Positions 41,219-54,331 of a stretch of DNA of 64,000 nt are shown here, piece after piece (position 1 is the first letter of the stretch; each line of letters starts with the position of its first letter). The notes under the pieces are model-generated. The model worked only from the letters and a program-made list of their open reading frames with translations, was not told the origin of the DNA and did not search any database. The stretch is from Obrimoposthia wandeli (Eukaryota), in assembly GCA_977020255.1 (NCBI GenBank), contig CDROCS010005070.1:186001-250000 (forward strand). Direction: 5' to 3'. A program made the translations under genes and the position numbers.

Positions 41219-43039
41219 TATTATTGCATCTTCATGATATAGTAATGATATTAAATTTATTATGAAATGTCAAATACATTTGAGGATCAAAATATAAAAT
41301 GGGATAGATAATATCTTGCGGGCATCTAAAACTTAATAACTCTGTAATTTCTCCAATTCAAAATTAGAAACAAAAAATCAATAGTATAAAAAAAATTCAA
41401 GAACCTTGTTAAATCAAAGTATCCCAAATCTATTAGCTAACATGGTCTTAATACCTGTAAAAAACTATCCATTCTGTACCATAAAATTAAAACAACAACA
41501 AAATGTCTGAAAATATCATAGAAACAACAAAAGGTTTATAAGTAATTTGAACCCTTAAGCAATTAAATTAAAATCTTTTGAAATGTCTCTCTAAAATAAA
41601 ACAACATTTCAAAATTTTGTAACTTTTAAATCCAAATTATCCTCTAGACATTCTTATTAAACTGTACAACTACAGTAAGAAATCAATACTATTGAAATAA
41701 CGCTGTCGATTTTAAAGAAAATCATTCTGGAAATTATGAAATTTCTTGTAAATTTTTTTTTAGACAAATGGAAGAAAACTCCACTATCAATAAGTCGACA
41801 AACGACAAAGGGTTGAAATATTGCTTCCCTATGTTATTTTATATTGTTACTTTAGTTGTACAAATATCATAAATTTGGTGGTTTTTGTACATTTTGTACA
41901 TCACTACTGCTAATAATAATATTATTAATAATGTTAATGAGGATTATTATCGCAATGCTCATAAATTAGTTCTTCTTCATTTTCAAGAACAATTCAACCA
42001 TAGAATGACACATGAAATCCTGGTCGGGAAATTGGACTAACAAAAACCGGGCCTCAATGTAAATGCACGCATATTGTGAGTCAAGTTTTGTCGAATGTGT
42101 ACGCGGCACCGAGAACGTTACATTGAAGAGAGAAGTATGGCCAAGTAGTAGTAGGGTTAGTGGTAGCAGTATCAGCAGAAAATTCAGTAGTAGTAGAAAG
42201 AAGCTGAAAAAGATTTATTGTTATTTCGTACACTAGAAGAGAAGAATCCCATATTTTCTTGCTGTATACCCATGGATTTATGGGTAAATAGGAAAAACCA
42301 AGCCAGAAATCCAGATAAGAGGGAGTATGGAGCGTGAAAACGAAGCATACACGTGCATTGAATGCTGGGTTTTCTTAGCTTCCGAAATTGTCAAAGTGTA
42401 GCAGCCCAAAATCTGGGTCAAAACGTTGCGCAAGACTGCAGTTTTCAGAGCGCAGAAAGAAGCTTCAAATAATCGCTAGAAGAAAGTTTTAGTGACAATA
42501 AAATCGGCGGAGACCAAACATTATCATTAGGAATATTAATATTATCATTATACTGTCATTGTATTTGGAATCTTCCTCCCACACTCAGATCTCCAAATCG
42601 GATTGTCGATTTACTGCAGTGTGTCTTGTGGATCGGTCCCCTTCGTCTTGTCAGCTCGATTTGGGAACGGGAAACGACAGGCCCAGACCAAACGCTTCTC
42701 AGCCAATCAACTCAGCTGGGAGATTTCTCTAGCAGAGATCATTTGCGAATTAAATGACTTCTGCTGGCTTGTAGATGATGTTCTTCCTGCTTAGTTGCAT
42801 TTCTTCAGCAGCCTTGTGTTGTGTCGTACTGAAAAATGCAGCAGCAGTGCGGATAATAACTGTGAGTGTGTGTGTATGTGTGAGAGATTGCCTACTTGCT
42901 TATTTGACTGTTTAGAATATATCGACAGACGTGTGTGTCCGGCTGTGTATGGATGTAAACCGTCCAGCGCATTTCATGGAGCAGCCGATTATATAAAAGG
43001 TGCAAAAAGTTACTGTAACAAGCATTTTAGGTTTAAGCA

Positions 43040-46000
43040 ATGCAACAAAATTATGGCAGCGTTTCTCAGTTGGTCGCTGACAATTGTGTAACTGCCAATA
43101 ACTACTCGGTATTGTCTCTTCTCGACCAGGATCATCCACTCGACCTTTCTAAATGTGTCCGGAAATCTCTGGACGTAAACAACAATAGTAACATCGGTGC
43201 TGCTAGCGTCTCCCAGAATGCCAACATCAGCAATCCACTTCTGGAAGCGCCATTCGTCATGCAAAAACTCTTCGAAGAGCTCCTGAAACGCCGCACGGAC
43301 TGGCCCTCTCCCTACCCCGGGTCCAGCAACAGTGGCTTCTTCCCACCACTTCCACCGCCACCTCCGCTCGACCCGCGTCTCCAATGGACCTCTTTGTGGC
43401 ATCGACTGATGAACAGTGTCGCCCAGCAGCACTCGACACCGAACAGCAGCGGCAAACTACAGAACCCACAATTGGAGACTCGCCGTAGACCGACTTTGTC
43501 ACCGCGCTCCCTCACAAAACAGCGTCACAAGCGAACCAAGGTAACCGACTCGAGACTCTTGAAACGTGCTACAATCGGGGGTGAGGATCCTAGCATCGAT
43601 TTCAGCAGTTCGGCGCTGATCAACGAGGATGAAGACTACGAAAATCGGTCCATCCTGTCTCGGTCACCTTCGGTTAACGACTCCGAACTGGATGATGAAC
43701 CCAACAACCTCAACCATAATTCCAACATAAGCCAATCATCTTTGACTGCCGCCAGTTTGTGCTGTAATGATCCTAAGAAATATACATTAACTCCGGTACA
43801 TTTGCGCAAAGCCAAACTCATGTTCCTTTATACTCGTTATCCCAACTCCCAAATGCTGAAGAGCTTCTTTCCCGACATACTGTTTTACAAACAAAATACG
43901 GCTCAGTTAGTCAAATGGTTTAGTAATTTTAGGTAATTTTTACGTTTTATTAATTTGGAAATATTTTCAGTTCACGTAACCAATCAGAATTTGATTTAAA
44001 GGTTTTTTACTTTTTCAGAGAATTCTACTACAGTGAAATGGAAAAGGCTGTTCAAAGGTACTTATCCGGCGGTATCAAGTTCTCAACTGAACTCATTGTT
44101 ACTGAAGACAGTGAACTATTCAAAAATCTGATGACACACTTTAACAAAAATAGCCAAATTGAGGTCAGTACTGCAAAATTGCTTCAATTTTGTATCTTCT
44201 TGAGAATTTCAACCATTAAAATAGTCGAAAAATAACAGATCAGATAAAAATTTATGAAAATCCAATTTGATCTAAACAAATAAGAATTCATTTCAATTCA
44301 TTTTAATAATTCTGGCGAATGAGAGAATGTAAAATTTAGAAAATTAGCTGAAGAAATTAAAGAAATTTTTCAAAAGTTTTATTAAAATATACTATCACTA
44401 TTTTTTTAGAAATATAAAATTCAAAAAATTGATCAATTTTAACTTTTTCAAAATTTATGAATTTATAATGGCAGATATCAAGGTTTAGACGTTTTTTTAA
44501 ATAAACCGTATTTAAATATTTTAAAAAATCTGTAGTTGTCTATTTGATTTATTTTTAAATTTTGATTATCTTATAATTATTGTGGCCATTGAGAAGAAAT
44601 TTTATAGACTAAATAAAGTATAGTAAAAATCATTGTAAAAACAGGAAAAATATTGTCTTTATAACTTACATAATCCATGTTAGCAGCATGTACCATGTAG
44701 CAATGATATTCGGAATTATTTAAATAACGAACTTTAGCTTGATTTTACTTTTTTTTCAAACTTTACAATTGTGAATAAAAGTCTTAATAAAAATTAATTT
44801 AATTGAAATTGGTCATATAGATTGATCAATTTTATAAAATCAAATTTTAAACTGAAAAACTGGATATTGGGACTCTACTAGTATGCATTGTGCTAAGAAA
44901 TCGGATTATAAAGAAATGGTTACAAAGGTCTTTTGGGAATATTCTAAGAAATTTCTGATTGACATACTTCAAGTAAACAATACAATTATTTTCATTTCAA
45001 TGGTCGAAGAAAACAGTTCTGGACAATATTTTATTGTGTTTTCTCACGCTAAATTGTAGGAAATTATGTTGGTTTTCAAAGTTAATATTGTAACAAATTT
45101 CTATCCAACATTGAAAATAGTTTGAATACAGAAGATTAAATCTTAAATATAAAAAAGACTCTGTTTATTTGTTTTATATATGTCTTTGGATGTATTATGC
45201 AATGAATTTTCATATTAAACTTATAACTTATTTCAATGATTTTATTTTAAAAAATTAAACATTTATAAGAGAATAATCTGAAGTTTCATTTAATCTAACT
45301 CATATTAATTTTATAGGTTAATGATATTAAATTAGCGAATTTATGCTTAAAATTTGCTAAATACATCTATTAAAATAGAAAATCCGTAACAGAAAACGAT
45401 AAAAGGTCTAGTTTTAAGAATGATATAATTTAATTTTTTAGCTTATTTAAATATATGATTTTAAATAAGTCAAATATAATTTTTCTATTTGAAAATAAAA
45501 TTAACTATATTAAAAGTTATATTATTTGTTAAATAATAATAAAATAAATTTGAACTTTAAAATAAATAAAATGTAATTATATTATTAACTTTAGTTTTTT
45601 TATATGAAACAATTAGTATAACCTACACGAATAATAGTAGAAAATAATCTTTTCAAAATCATTTTCGTTTAAAGGTATGACAATTTAAGGACATTTAAAC
45701 AAAGATATTTTAATCTTTAAGTTTAAAATTTCTCATTTTTGCAAGTGTATAGAAATTATGAATGAAAAAATTATGCCAGCATTAATATTTAGGGGTATAA
45801 TATTTAAACTGTTAATAGATAAATTAAATTGTATCAACAAAGTTTTTTTACAACTCAACATAAACAGAATATACAGGGTATTTCTGAATAGCCACATACT
45901 TTTGTTTTAACATTATTTTAGATTTTTGTAAATAATGCTTTCTTTAATAATTTTAAGATAAATAAGTGATATATCTTATAGTATGTAGATTAATAAATAA

Positions 46001-47198
46001 AAATTAAACAATGTATTATCAATTTTCATAGTTAATTAATAATATGTAATTGGAAGCAATAAAGTAAATTATAAAAATTCATTGTAAAATACAACATTCA
46101 CTGAAAGAATAGATCAAACAATACATATAAGAAAAGGTTTGAATAAATTCGATTGTAACAAATGTATTTTCTGTCAAAAATAAAATATATTTATGGAATA
46201 AACTCAAGCTATGAGGTTGATAAAACATATAAAAACATTCTAAATCGTAACAATGTTTATTTGAACAAAATTAAGGAAAAATAATTGTATTTATTTAGCA
46301 TAAATTTTGTATTTATCTAAAAATATTGTCAATCAATTTATAATAAAATATAATTAACTTTTGTAAATGCTTTATATAATTAGAATTGATAAATGACTAA
46401 ATATATAAAAGAAGTTTTATCGTATTGAAAACTATATTATAGATAATAAAATTATATTTTTTCAAATTAAAGTTGTTATCAACACCCTTATTATAGATTA
46501 AAACAAAACTATGACATTTGCAAGATGATTTATAATTATATTTTTAAAATAAATTTCCAGGCTCAATAATTTTATATTTTACATACTTTGTGTATAAGTT
46601 TGATTTATTTGATCTGTCTTCGATTTATTTAATAGTTCATTTTTATCTTTTAATTGCAAATTAGGTACAAATTAAATATAAAATAGCAATAATCAAGATT
46701 TAATTGTTAAAATGTAATTCAAATTATTATAATTTTTATAATTAATAATAACATATTTTATTTAAAGCCTAAAATGTATAAAAACATTATAACCTTAATT
46801 TGTATTTCTGAATCCAGGTCCCAAAGGAGTTTATGATGTGTGTTCAAGTGACCCTACGTGAGTTCTATGAGGCCATTTCTGTGGGCAAGAATCTTCACCA
46901 ATCCTGGAAAAAACCTATCTACAAGAATATCGCCAAACTCGATCAACCTCTACCGGAGTTCTTTCGAGATCTGTCCTGGATGTTAGAGCTAGCTCGTGAT
47001 GACTCTAATAGTGGTAGCAACAACGGGAACAGCAACAACGGGAACAGCAACAACGGCAGTAATAACAACACCAACAACAACAATGTTTTGCTTATGGCCA
47101 GTCACCCGCATCATCATCACCACCACCAGCAACAGCAGCAGCATCAACTGCATGCTCCAGCTATGCATCCTTCCATCCTTCATCATCAGAGCTGCTAG
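43040..47198 (+). CDS. pros: Prospero/Prox homeo-prospero transcription factor; exons 43040-43932, 44019-44163, 46818-47198 (472 aa if 43040 is the start)
   Basis: [31 protein letters not shown]|[25 protein letters not shown]|[32 protein letters not shown]; GT-AG introns preserve frame (1419 nt). Upstream exons cannot be excluded. Confidence 0.95.
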
Positions 47199-48379
47199 CC
47201 ACTTCTTTCACACATCCATCAGATCTTCTAACTCCTTATTGCCACCATAATGTTATGCTTATGACAGTCGTGATTATCTTCTCCTTTTCGCTTTTGAAGC
47301 CCATTTATTATCTACTGATAAAGTGTACAATTAATAAATCCTATACTTATTGAAGGCCTTACAAAATGAATATTATTTCTTTAATGAAAACAAGTCTTTA
47401 AGGGTATGTTTGCAACCTGATTACGACAAAAAATCATTATTCTATGTCTAAAATGTATTTTATATGCATAAAATTATTAAAATTATTGCTTTTGAATAAA
47501 ATTAAATATTTATATGACTATTATTTTTAGCGATATAATTGAATTTGATAAATATAAAATTACATGGAATGTAATTTGTTTAGCATTAAATTTCAATAAT
47601 AAATCGTAAATGCAGGAACACTCCAAACGTTTTCGTTTTGTAAATGGATCATTTATAATTATATAAGAAATGAATAATATTAGCCCATTAATAAGAGGGT
47701 TCAATTAATGTTAAAAAATAAAATAGTGTTTTTTTGTACGAATAAAACATAATTAATGATCCATATTTCTTATAAAATCTTTACAATGAAAACAGATTTT
47801 GTTTTTTATTTGACAACTAAAATTTTGAACGGAATTAGTTTAAATTTAAAATATATTTTTACGAATAATTAAAGGTTAAGAAATTATGCAACAACAAAAA
47901 CGTTTAAAATTTTCATATAAACATTAAAAAAATCATGATTTTAATTAAAATGTACGTACATTATAAGATGATTAATATGACCTACTTACGTTATGGGCAG
48001 CAAGACAATATAAATTAGTGTATATGGGGTATATGGTGTAACCAGAAAGAAACAAGAACACGACAAAGGAGCATACATAACTCTAAGTTTATTTGTGAAT
48101 CATGTCTGTAAAAATCGTCAAATAGCTTTGGACATATTTTTGACAATTTAAATGTAAGTGTAAATAAACTGTATTTCACAGGAAATAATATTATTTTTTA
48201 ATTAAGTTATTATAAAAATAGCTTAAAACCAGAACTAATTTTATATAAAGATTTAAAGATAGTTTAATTTTCCTGTCTAAACAAAGAAGAAGTCAAAACT
48301 TGAATTATTTTAAAATTTTAAAGTCTTCAGAATTTGCTATTTAGTTGAGACTCCGATTCCAAGCAGTTATCCGGCTCTG

Positions 48380-48640
48380 TGGTTGCAAATTGGCGGTTGC
48401 CATAAATTTCTGCCACCCAACTTCGGTAACGCCCTACGAGTTGCATATTTGCTCGAAGCTCGCGTGACCGAATTTGACAGTAATTATCCGCCATTGACAC
48501 TCCTATCCTTCAACCTACTTCGTTTTCTTTTCTTCCTCACTTCTTGGATGCTTCTTCCACGCTGCAATGCTGCAACGCTGACGAGTACTGCAAGCAGCAA
48601 TGTAATCCACTGGGTTTCTGACATTTGCATCAACTTCTAC
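48380..48640 (-). mobile_element. Possible PIF/Harbinger transposase N-terminal fragment
   Basis: Hydrophobic N-terminus, RKKRKRSR, then SFEQIC-like motif; weak resemblance only. Confidence 0.25.
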
Positions 48641-48929
48641 TATTTCTCTACACTGATTAGCTAAACTTCTCTGCGTCTTCTTTCATTTCCCGTCAGGAAC
48701 TTATCCTTGAATTTCTCAGTTATTTTAATTTAAATGTTTTTTTCTTTGTTTTATAGAATCAACTGGTTAAATACTGTAAATATTAGTTAAAGAAAATCAT
48801 AAACAAAACATATTTTATATTTTCATCAACCATCCTCATTATTTATGACAGTAGTATATTATTTGTAAAAATATTTATATCATACATCTTAATGATTATT
48901 CGTAGCTGCCAAATAAAGAAGCTCATTAT

Positions 48930-50790
48930 CTTTTAATCGTTATGCAAGTATACTTCTCGATCCTTTTCGCTTTTAGAGACCCAATTTATCAGATGTACCG
49001 TATAGTGTATATATAGGTATATTTATCTGAAATACCACGAACTTGCTCAAATCTGGAAGATATTTCTTCGATCGCCTGTCTAACAAAGAAAACATTTCTC
49101 TCCTTATTACATAGTTGTTCTTTATTGTTGTATCGCCCAATTTTATTTCTTTTCTTTTTTTATAACTCGACCGTTAATGCTTATTTTCAGCTCAGAACAA
49201 CAACCTTTGGATTAGGTTATTACGCCATCTCAATAATCCAACTCGTTTAATAATTTGATAGTTTTCGCAATCAATAGATTCCACCAATGGGTCGAGGTAG
49301 AAAAGAATGAAAATAAACGGTCTAATGTTCGAAGATGTAACGGAATTAAATGGCCATTGAAGCTGCATGTACATCAGCCAAATATAGTGAGTGATTGGTG
49401 CATTCCACAAGTACAGCCTTTGGGTTAACCTCCATAATGCGCATTCGAACAGCAGATCGATGACTTGCCATGAAGGCCGCCTTATAAAGGATTGTCAACG
49501 ATAATTTTTAATATGAATATCATTCTTTTCCATGTTCACCAAAATTATTGCTGCAATTTGCTTAGCATTTTTCATTTCGTCTCAATGAAACGAAGAAATG
49601 ATTCTTCAACTTTCACTTCATCGTAAGATCTGACTTATTTGGTCCGTGTGAGAAATGTCGGGAGTTCTGTCGAATGAAATGCAAAGGGTTTTTGTTCTGT
49701 TTCACTTGATCAATGACTTTCTTTCTAACTTGATTTCCTGAAATATAAATGAATTCATTCTCGATTTTTGGTAAAAGATAAGAAGTCGAGAATTTCCCCA
49801 AGCCTTACTCTTACCAGATGTTCACGTAATACTGGGTTCTACTTTACCATCAAAGGAACTAGCTCTAATTCCCATTACTTTCGATTCCTTCAGATCTATC
49901 GCATCATCATTTATATCTTCTCAATGATCCCGTAGAGCCAGATTATGATTAGCAAAGAACCTAATGATGTCAAGGAATCTGATCAGGATTTGTCGTCAAG
50001 TTTTGGCTTCGTTCTCAGCAATGTCTTGCTATTGTCTGTCAACTTTTGTTTCTTGAGTAAGACGGATCTCCAACTTGTTCTATTGAATGTACGCTCCGAC
50101 ATGCTTAGGACTCGATTTATGTTCATGTATCTTTGGATTTAACTTCCAGCAGCTTTTAAAATCTACAACTGAAGCAAACTTTCCATTTGAAAACAGGCGG
50201 CAACAAAATCGCAACGAAACCTCCTTGAAAGAGGAGTACATCATCAACGTTCTCAAGCTTTTCTCTCCGTTCTGTAAAGTTCGAAAAAGCAGTTTCACGA
50301 CATTCTTCTAGTTTCTCCTTTCCTTTCCATTTCTGGACGTCAACTTTCTTGAATTCCCAATCTATATGCTGAATAAAACTGGATCCTTGGCCCGAGTGTC
50401 GTGATCAATCTTGACAGGTCATAGTCCAACATCTTTCAAATCAATTTCTATTCACGTTCTTCAACAATTTGATGCAAAACTTCAATTCTTTAAACAACTT
50501 TACATTCAGTTTCAAAAAGTATAGCGTCATTGTCATCAGCAACTTCCCGTACAGATTCAGCCATAAGAGGAACGAGAACTTCAGCAGCATGTTCATTTTC
50601 TTCTCTTCTTAACAATTTCTCTTCTCTCATTATCCTTTTTCAGAATGCAACACCGATCTTCTTCGCTGTATTCATTCTTAGAAGGAATTATAAAATATTT
50701 ATCAATATAAGACTGGTGCCACAGGGGCAGCTTATACACGTCTGGTCGACGAATAGGTCGATTTCTGTTTCCCACATTAGTACGCTACAC
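48930..50790 (-). mobile_element. Decayed hAT transposase (ZMYM1/THAP12-like clade)
   Basis: TSYLLPKIENEFI (YLSPxIQNELI), TPDISHTDQ, VEESFLRFIET, NPKAVLVECTNHSL (C..HSLNL), FSTSTHWW; many stops and frameshifts; TIRs not found. Confidence 0.75.
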
Positions 50791-52649
50791 TTATCCACAA
50801 TTTCAATTTGCGACCAAAAATACGAGAGGAGAAACACGAGACGACGAAAAGACTGAGATGAGAAACACAAGACACATGGTAGCAAGAATGGAATTGTTCA
50901 GCGATGATCGAATTTATGATTAAGTGTCTCCTGAACGCTGTGTAAACCTTTCATATACAAGTTGATGTGAAGAAATCAACACATTATTTCCAAAACACCT
51001 ATTTTGTTAGTTTATTTAAACTCTTTTAATAATTTGTAGAAAATGGGACGAAATCAGTTTCTTTTAGCAGCTACTAAATGACTGAGTAAGGTTTTCTGCG
51101 AAAAGAATTCAAATCTAAATAATTTAGATTTACTATACTATAAGTCGCTGATCAAAACGTAGATAGTGTGACATCGTAAACTCTTATCAATGTATATTTT
51201 TATTTTCGAACTGCATTGTCTATATCCGCTATGAGCAGTTACTTTTCCCAAGCTCAATCTTGCTATTTCCTAATAAAACTCATAAACATGCCGCAATTTA
51301 ATTATACAACCACGCTCCATAATTGAAATTATTGCATCTGCCAAAAACATAGTTAAACTTCTTCAAAAATAATTTATGTTTCATCAGATTTTTGATAAAC
51401 TATAATTCAAATATGGGATACAAAGATGGGCTGAAGTCGGACCTAGCCATCAATAAAACAGCTGTTAAATTCAGTTAATTTCACTTATTTTACTAACCTA
51501 TATGTTTATAAATTTTATTCTTTCAAAATATAAACTTTTGAGTATTGAGTATTTGTAAGTAAACTATTGTATTAAATATTATTTTTATTATATTTTATTT
51601 TATCTTTAATTTATCTTCTGCAGGTTTTTTCCTTATGAATAAACTCTAAATTGTTATATTTGATAAATTAAAATATTAAAAAATACCATATTTTTGTAGC
51701 TCTTCGCATGTTTTTATATTATTCTTTTTAAATATGTCGTAATTAAACATAATGAGCTCCATAACAAAAAATTACGATATATTTCAATTTTTAATAATTA
51801 AGGATTTTATTAGTCAAGGATTTTCAAAGTTCATAATGCTAAAATTTCATATAATAAATTTGTAAATTATTAAAATTATGCTATTATTTTATAAGTTAAT
51901 AAACATTTTTATATTGTTATTATTTTGTCCTTTTTGTTATTTTTAAATATTATAATAATATTTCTATATATTTCTTATCTAATAATTAGGATTAAAATTT
52001 TTATATTTAGAAATGAAAAAAAAACAGCTTTAATCGGCATTTTTTGCTAATGGCGATTTTTTTAATGTTTACAAGGGCAATGTCCGACTAATGCCCAAAT
52101 ATGGATAATTTTGTTTGTTTAAGGCCAGAAACGAAATAATTTTTAAAATAAACTGAGCATACCCAATAATTCAACATAATAAAAATAGAGCCAAATAAGC
52201 ACATTTTAACTCTTATTTGACGAGTTTGTTGACAGTGTGTATAATCTTTTCATATATATTTATAATTGTCTTATGGAAGACTCTAGTTCGTAAGTTATTA
52301 GTGGTGTAGGTATTATATGTGGTCTCAAAATATGAAGACTAGATATTTTGAGTGTTCATCTGTTCGTCTTATAAAGACACAAAATTTAATTTGTTAATTA
52401 TATTTTAGGAATTTCAAAAATACAAGATTGATTTGAATAATTGTATGTGAAGTGAGCGCTCTTTCAATGTTGTATTTTCTAGCTTATTGTAACTTGTGTG
52501 GCTTTCCTTGTTAAAATATCGTTAAATGAAACTCTGCTTGTGGATAGTTGACAAATTGGCTTCTGTCGTTAATTCCAAACTCTACAACTCTGAGAATTTG
52601 CTGTCTCTCCTTTTGTTTCGCTGACAGAAATTTGCTTTAAATTATTACA

Positions 52650-52758
52650 GAAAACTATCTAGATCACGCAGTATCAGCAAAAGGAATACAACCAGACGAG
52701 AGTAACGTAGAAAAAATAAAGAATGTTCCGATTATTAAAACTGTGAAAAATATACAAT
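52650..52758 (+). pseudogene. Fragment of an older Gypsy RT, cut by the LTR insertion
   Basis: ENYLDHAVSAKGIQPDESNVEKIKNVPIIKTVKNIQ parallels FLGHIVSKEGIRPDPAKIEKVKAHLAPKTVKEIQ at the window end. Confidence 0.75.
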
Positions 52759-53275
52759 TGTTGGGGTTTCTATACGAAACTTGGTATAGATCCTCTTGAG
52801 TGCGGAGGGCCCCAACGTGAGTTCGATTAGAAGCAGGTCTTAAAGTTGGTCGTGGCCTACTTAGTGTTATTATTGCCTATCTCTTGTACTATCTGAAGGT
52901 ATTTGATTAGATGTCTCTTAGTCTGAAGGGTGCAAAAACAACTTGTTCTAATGTAGGAAATTGTTTATTTGAAATTCACGTAACTAACACAACGATACGT
53001 TTATGTACGTATTTCTAAAAAGTATGATAAAATTCCTAAAGGACTTCTGTAAGTCTCTACAAGAAGTGGGGATGAACCACGTATCGATTTTACGTTCAGG
53101 TGATTAAGCTTTTAGGTTTATTCTTCTTACTTAGGTTGGTTAATCTATAACGCAACTCTCTTAAAATTCTTCGCTCCTACTTCTGATCTTTAGATAAAGT
53201 TTCTTGATCCCTTAACTCTATCTGTTGTGTGTTTGACCCCAAATTGTCCACTGTGAACAATGGGTCTCCTAAAAC

Positions 53276-53674
53276 CTAATTGTCAAGATGACAATGAAAA
53301 ACTTACTCCTAATTGTCAACTATGGACAATGAACGAGCCGAATTGTCAGCTAGGGACAATGAGTCTTACCGAATTGTCAACTAGGGACAATGAGTATTTA
53401 TCCGAATTGTCAACTAGGGACAATGAATGAACCTAATTGTCAGCTAGGGACAATGAATCTTACGGGCAAAAAGTCTGGGTATGATTCCTAATTGTCGCTG
53501 GGGACAATGAATAAATGGCTGATCTTAATTACCAACTAGGGGCAATGATTTTGTTAAAGAGTCGGAAATCCTAATTGCCAGCTAGGGGCAATGAATATGT
53601 TTAAAATATGTTAAACAACCTAATTGCCAACAAGGGGCAATGAATTTATCCTAATTGCCAACTAGGGGCAATGA
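53276..53674 (-). repeat. Array of ~11 short palindromic units (ATTGTC-N7-GACAAT / ATTGCC-N7-GGCAAT) with variable spacers, inside the LTR
   Basis: Units begin near 53276, 53309, 53339, 53370, 53403, 53432, 53487, 53525, 53571, 53619, 53651. Confidence 0.9.
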
Positions 53675-53798
53675 ACGGTTTTAGTTGGTGTTCTTACCAG
53701 TTACTGCGACTAGTGGGACGTCCGATGCAGGATCCGTAGGTCTTTCGGAATCTTCTTCGAAGCAGCGATTATTACTTGTGAGAGGTTTGAGTACACGC

Positions 53799-54220
53799 TT
53801 GAATACACTTTGACTTTGACTTTTTGGACACTTGAATACACTTTGACTTTGACTTTTTGGATACTAAACAATTATTTTTATTCACAGCAATTATTTTTAT
53901 TCACCTTGAATACACTTTGACTTTGACTTTTTGGATATTAAACAATTATTTTTATTCACAGCAATTATTTTTATTCACCTTGAATACACTTTGACTTTGA
54001 CTTTTTGGACACTAAACAATTATTTTTATTCACCTTGAATACACTTTGACTTTGACTTTTTGGACACTAAAACAATTATTTTTATTCACAGCAATTATTT
54101 TTATTCACCTTGAATACACTTTGACTTTGACTTTTTGGACACTAAACAATTATTTTTATTCACCTTGAATACACTTTGACTTTGACTTTTTGGACACTAA
54201 AACAATTATTTTTATTCACC
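53799..54220 (-). repeat. Tandem array (7 cores; units 33-75 bp) inside the LTR
   Basis: TTGAATACACTTTGACTTTGACTTTTTGGA core repeated 7 times with variable CAATTATTTTTATTCAC sub-repeats. Confidence 0.9.
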
Positions 54221-54230
54221 TGAAATCACT

Positions 54231-54331
54231 ACTTACCGAGAACTCAATTGTTCGATTTGTGGTCCAGTCGACTCTGGCTGTTGAATCCCGTATTTGTGTT
54301 TTTGAATTGAATGAACCTATCTCCTTATATA
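54231..54331 (-). promoter_or_regulatory. LTR promoter TATA box (54331-54324) and downstream 5' splice donor G|GTAAGT (54237|54236)
   Basis: TATATAAG then G|GTAAGT occur in the same order in LTR A (13376-13369; 12970) and LTR B (35771-35778; 35997). Confidence 0.65.

Noticed and set aside
42603-43821. Overlapping/antisense ORFs around prospero exon 1
   Set aside because: Shadows of a GC-richer coding exon; no domains or independent signals.
53276-53674. CRISPR-like appearance (palindromic repeats with variable spacers)
   Set aside because: Eukaryotic LTR context, spacers irregular (about 5-30 nt), repeats drift progressively, no cas genes.
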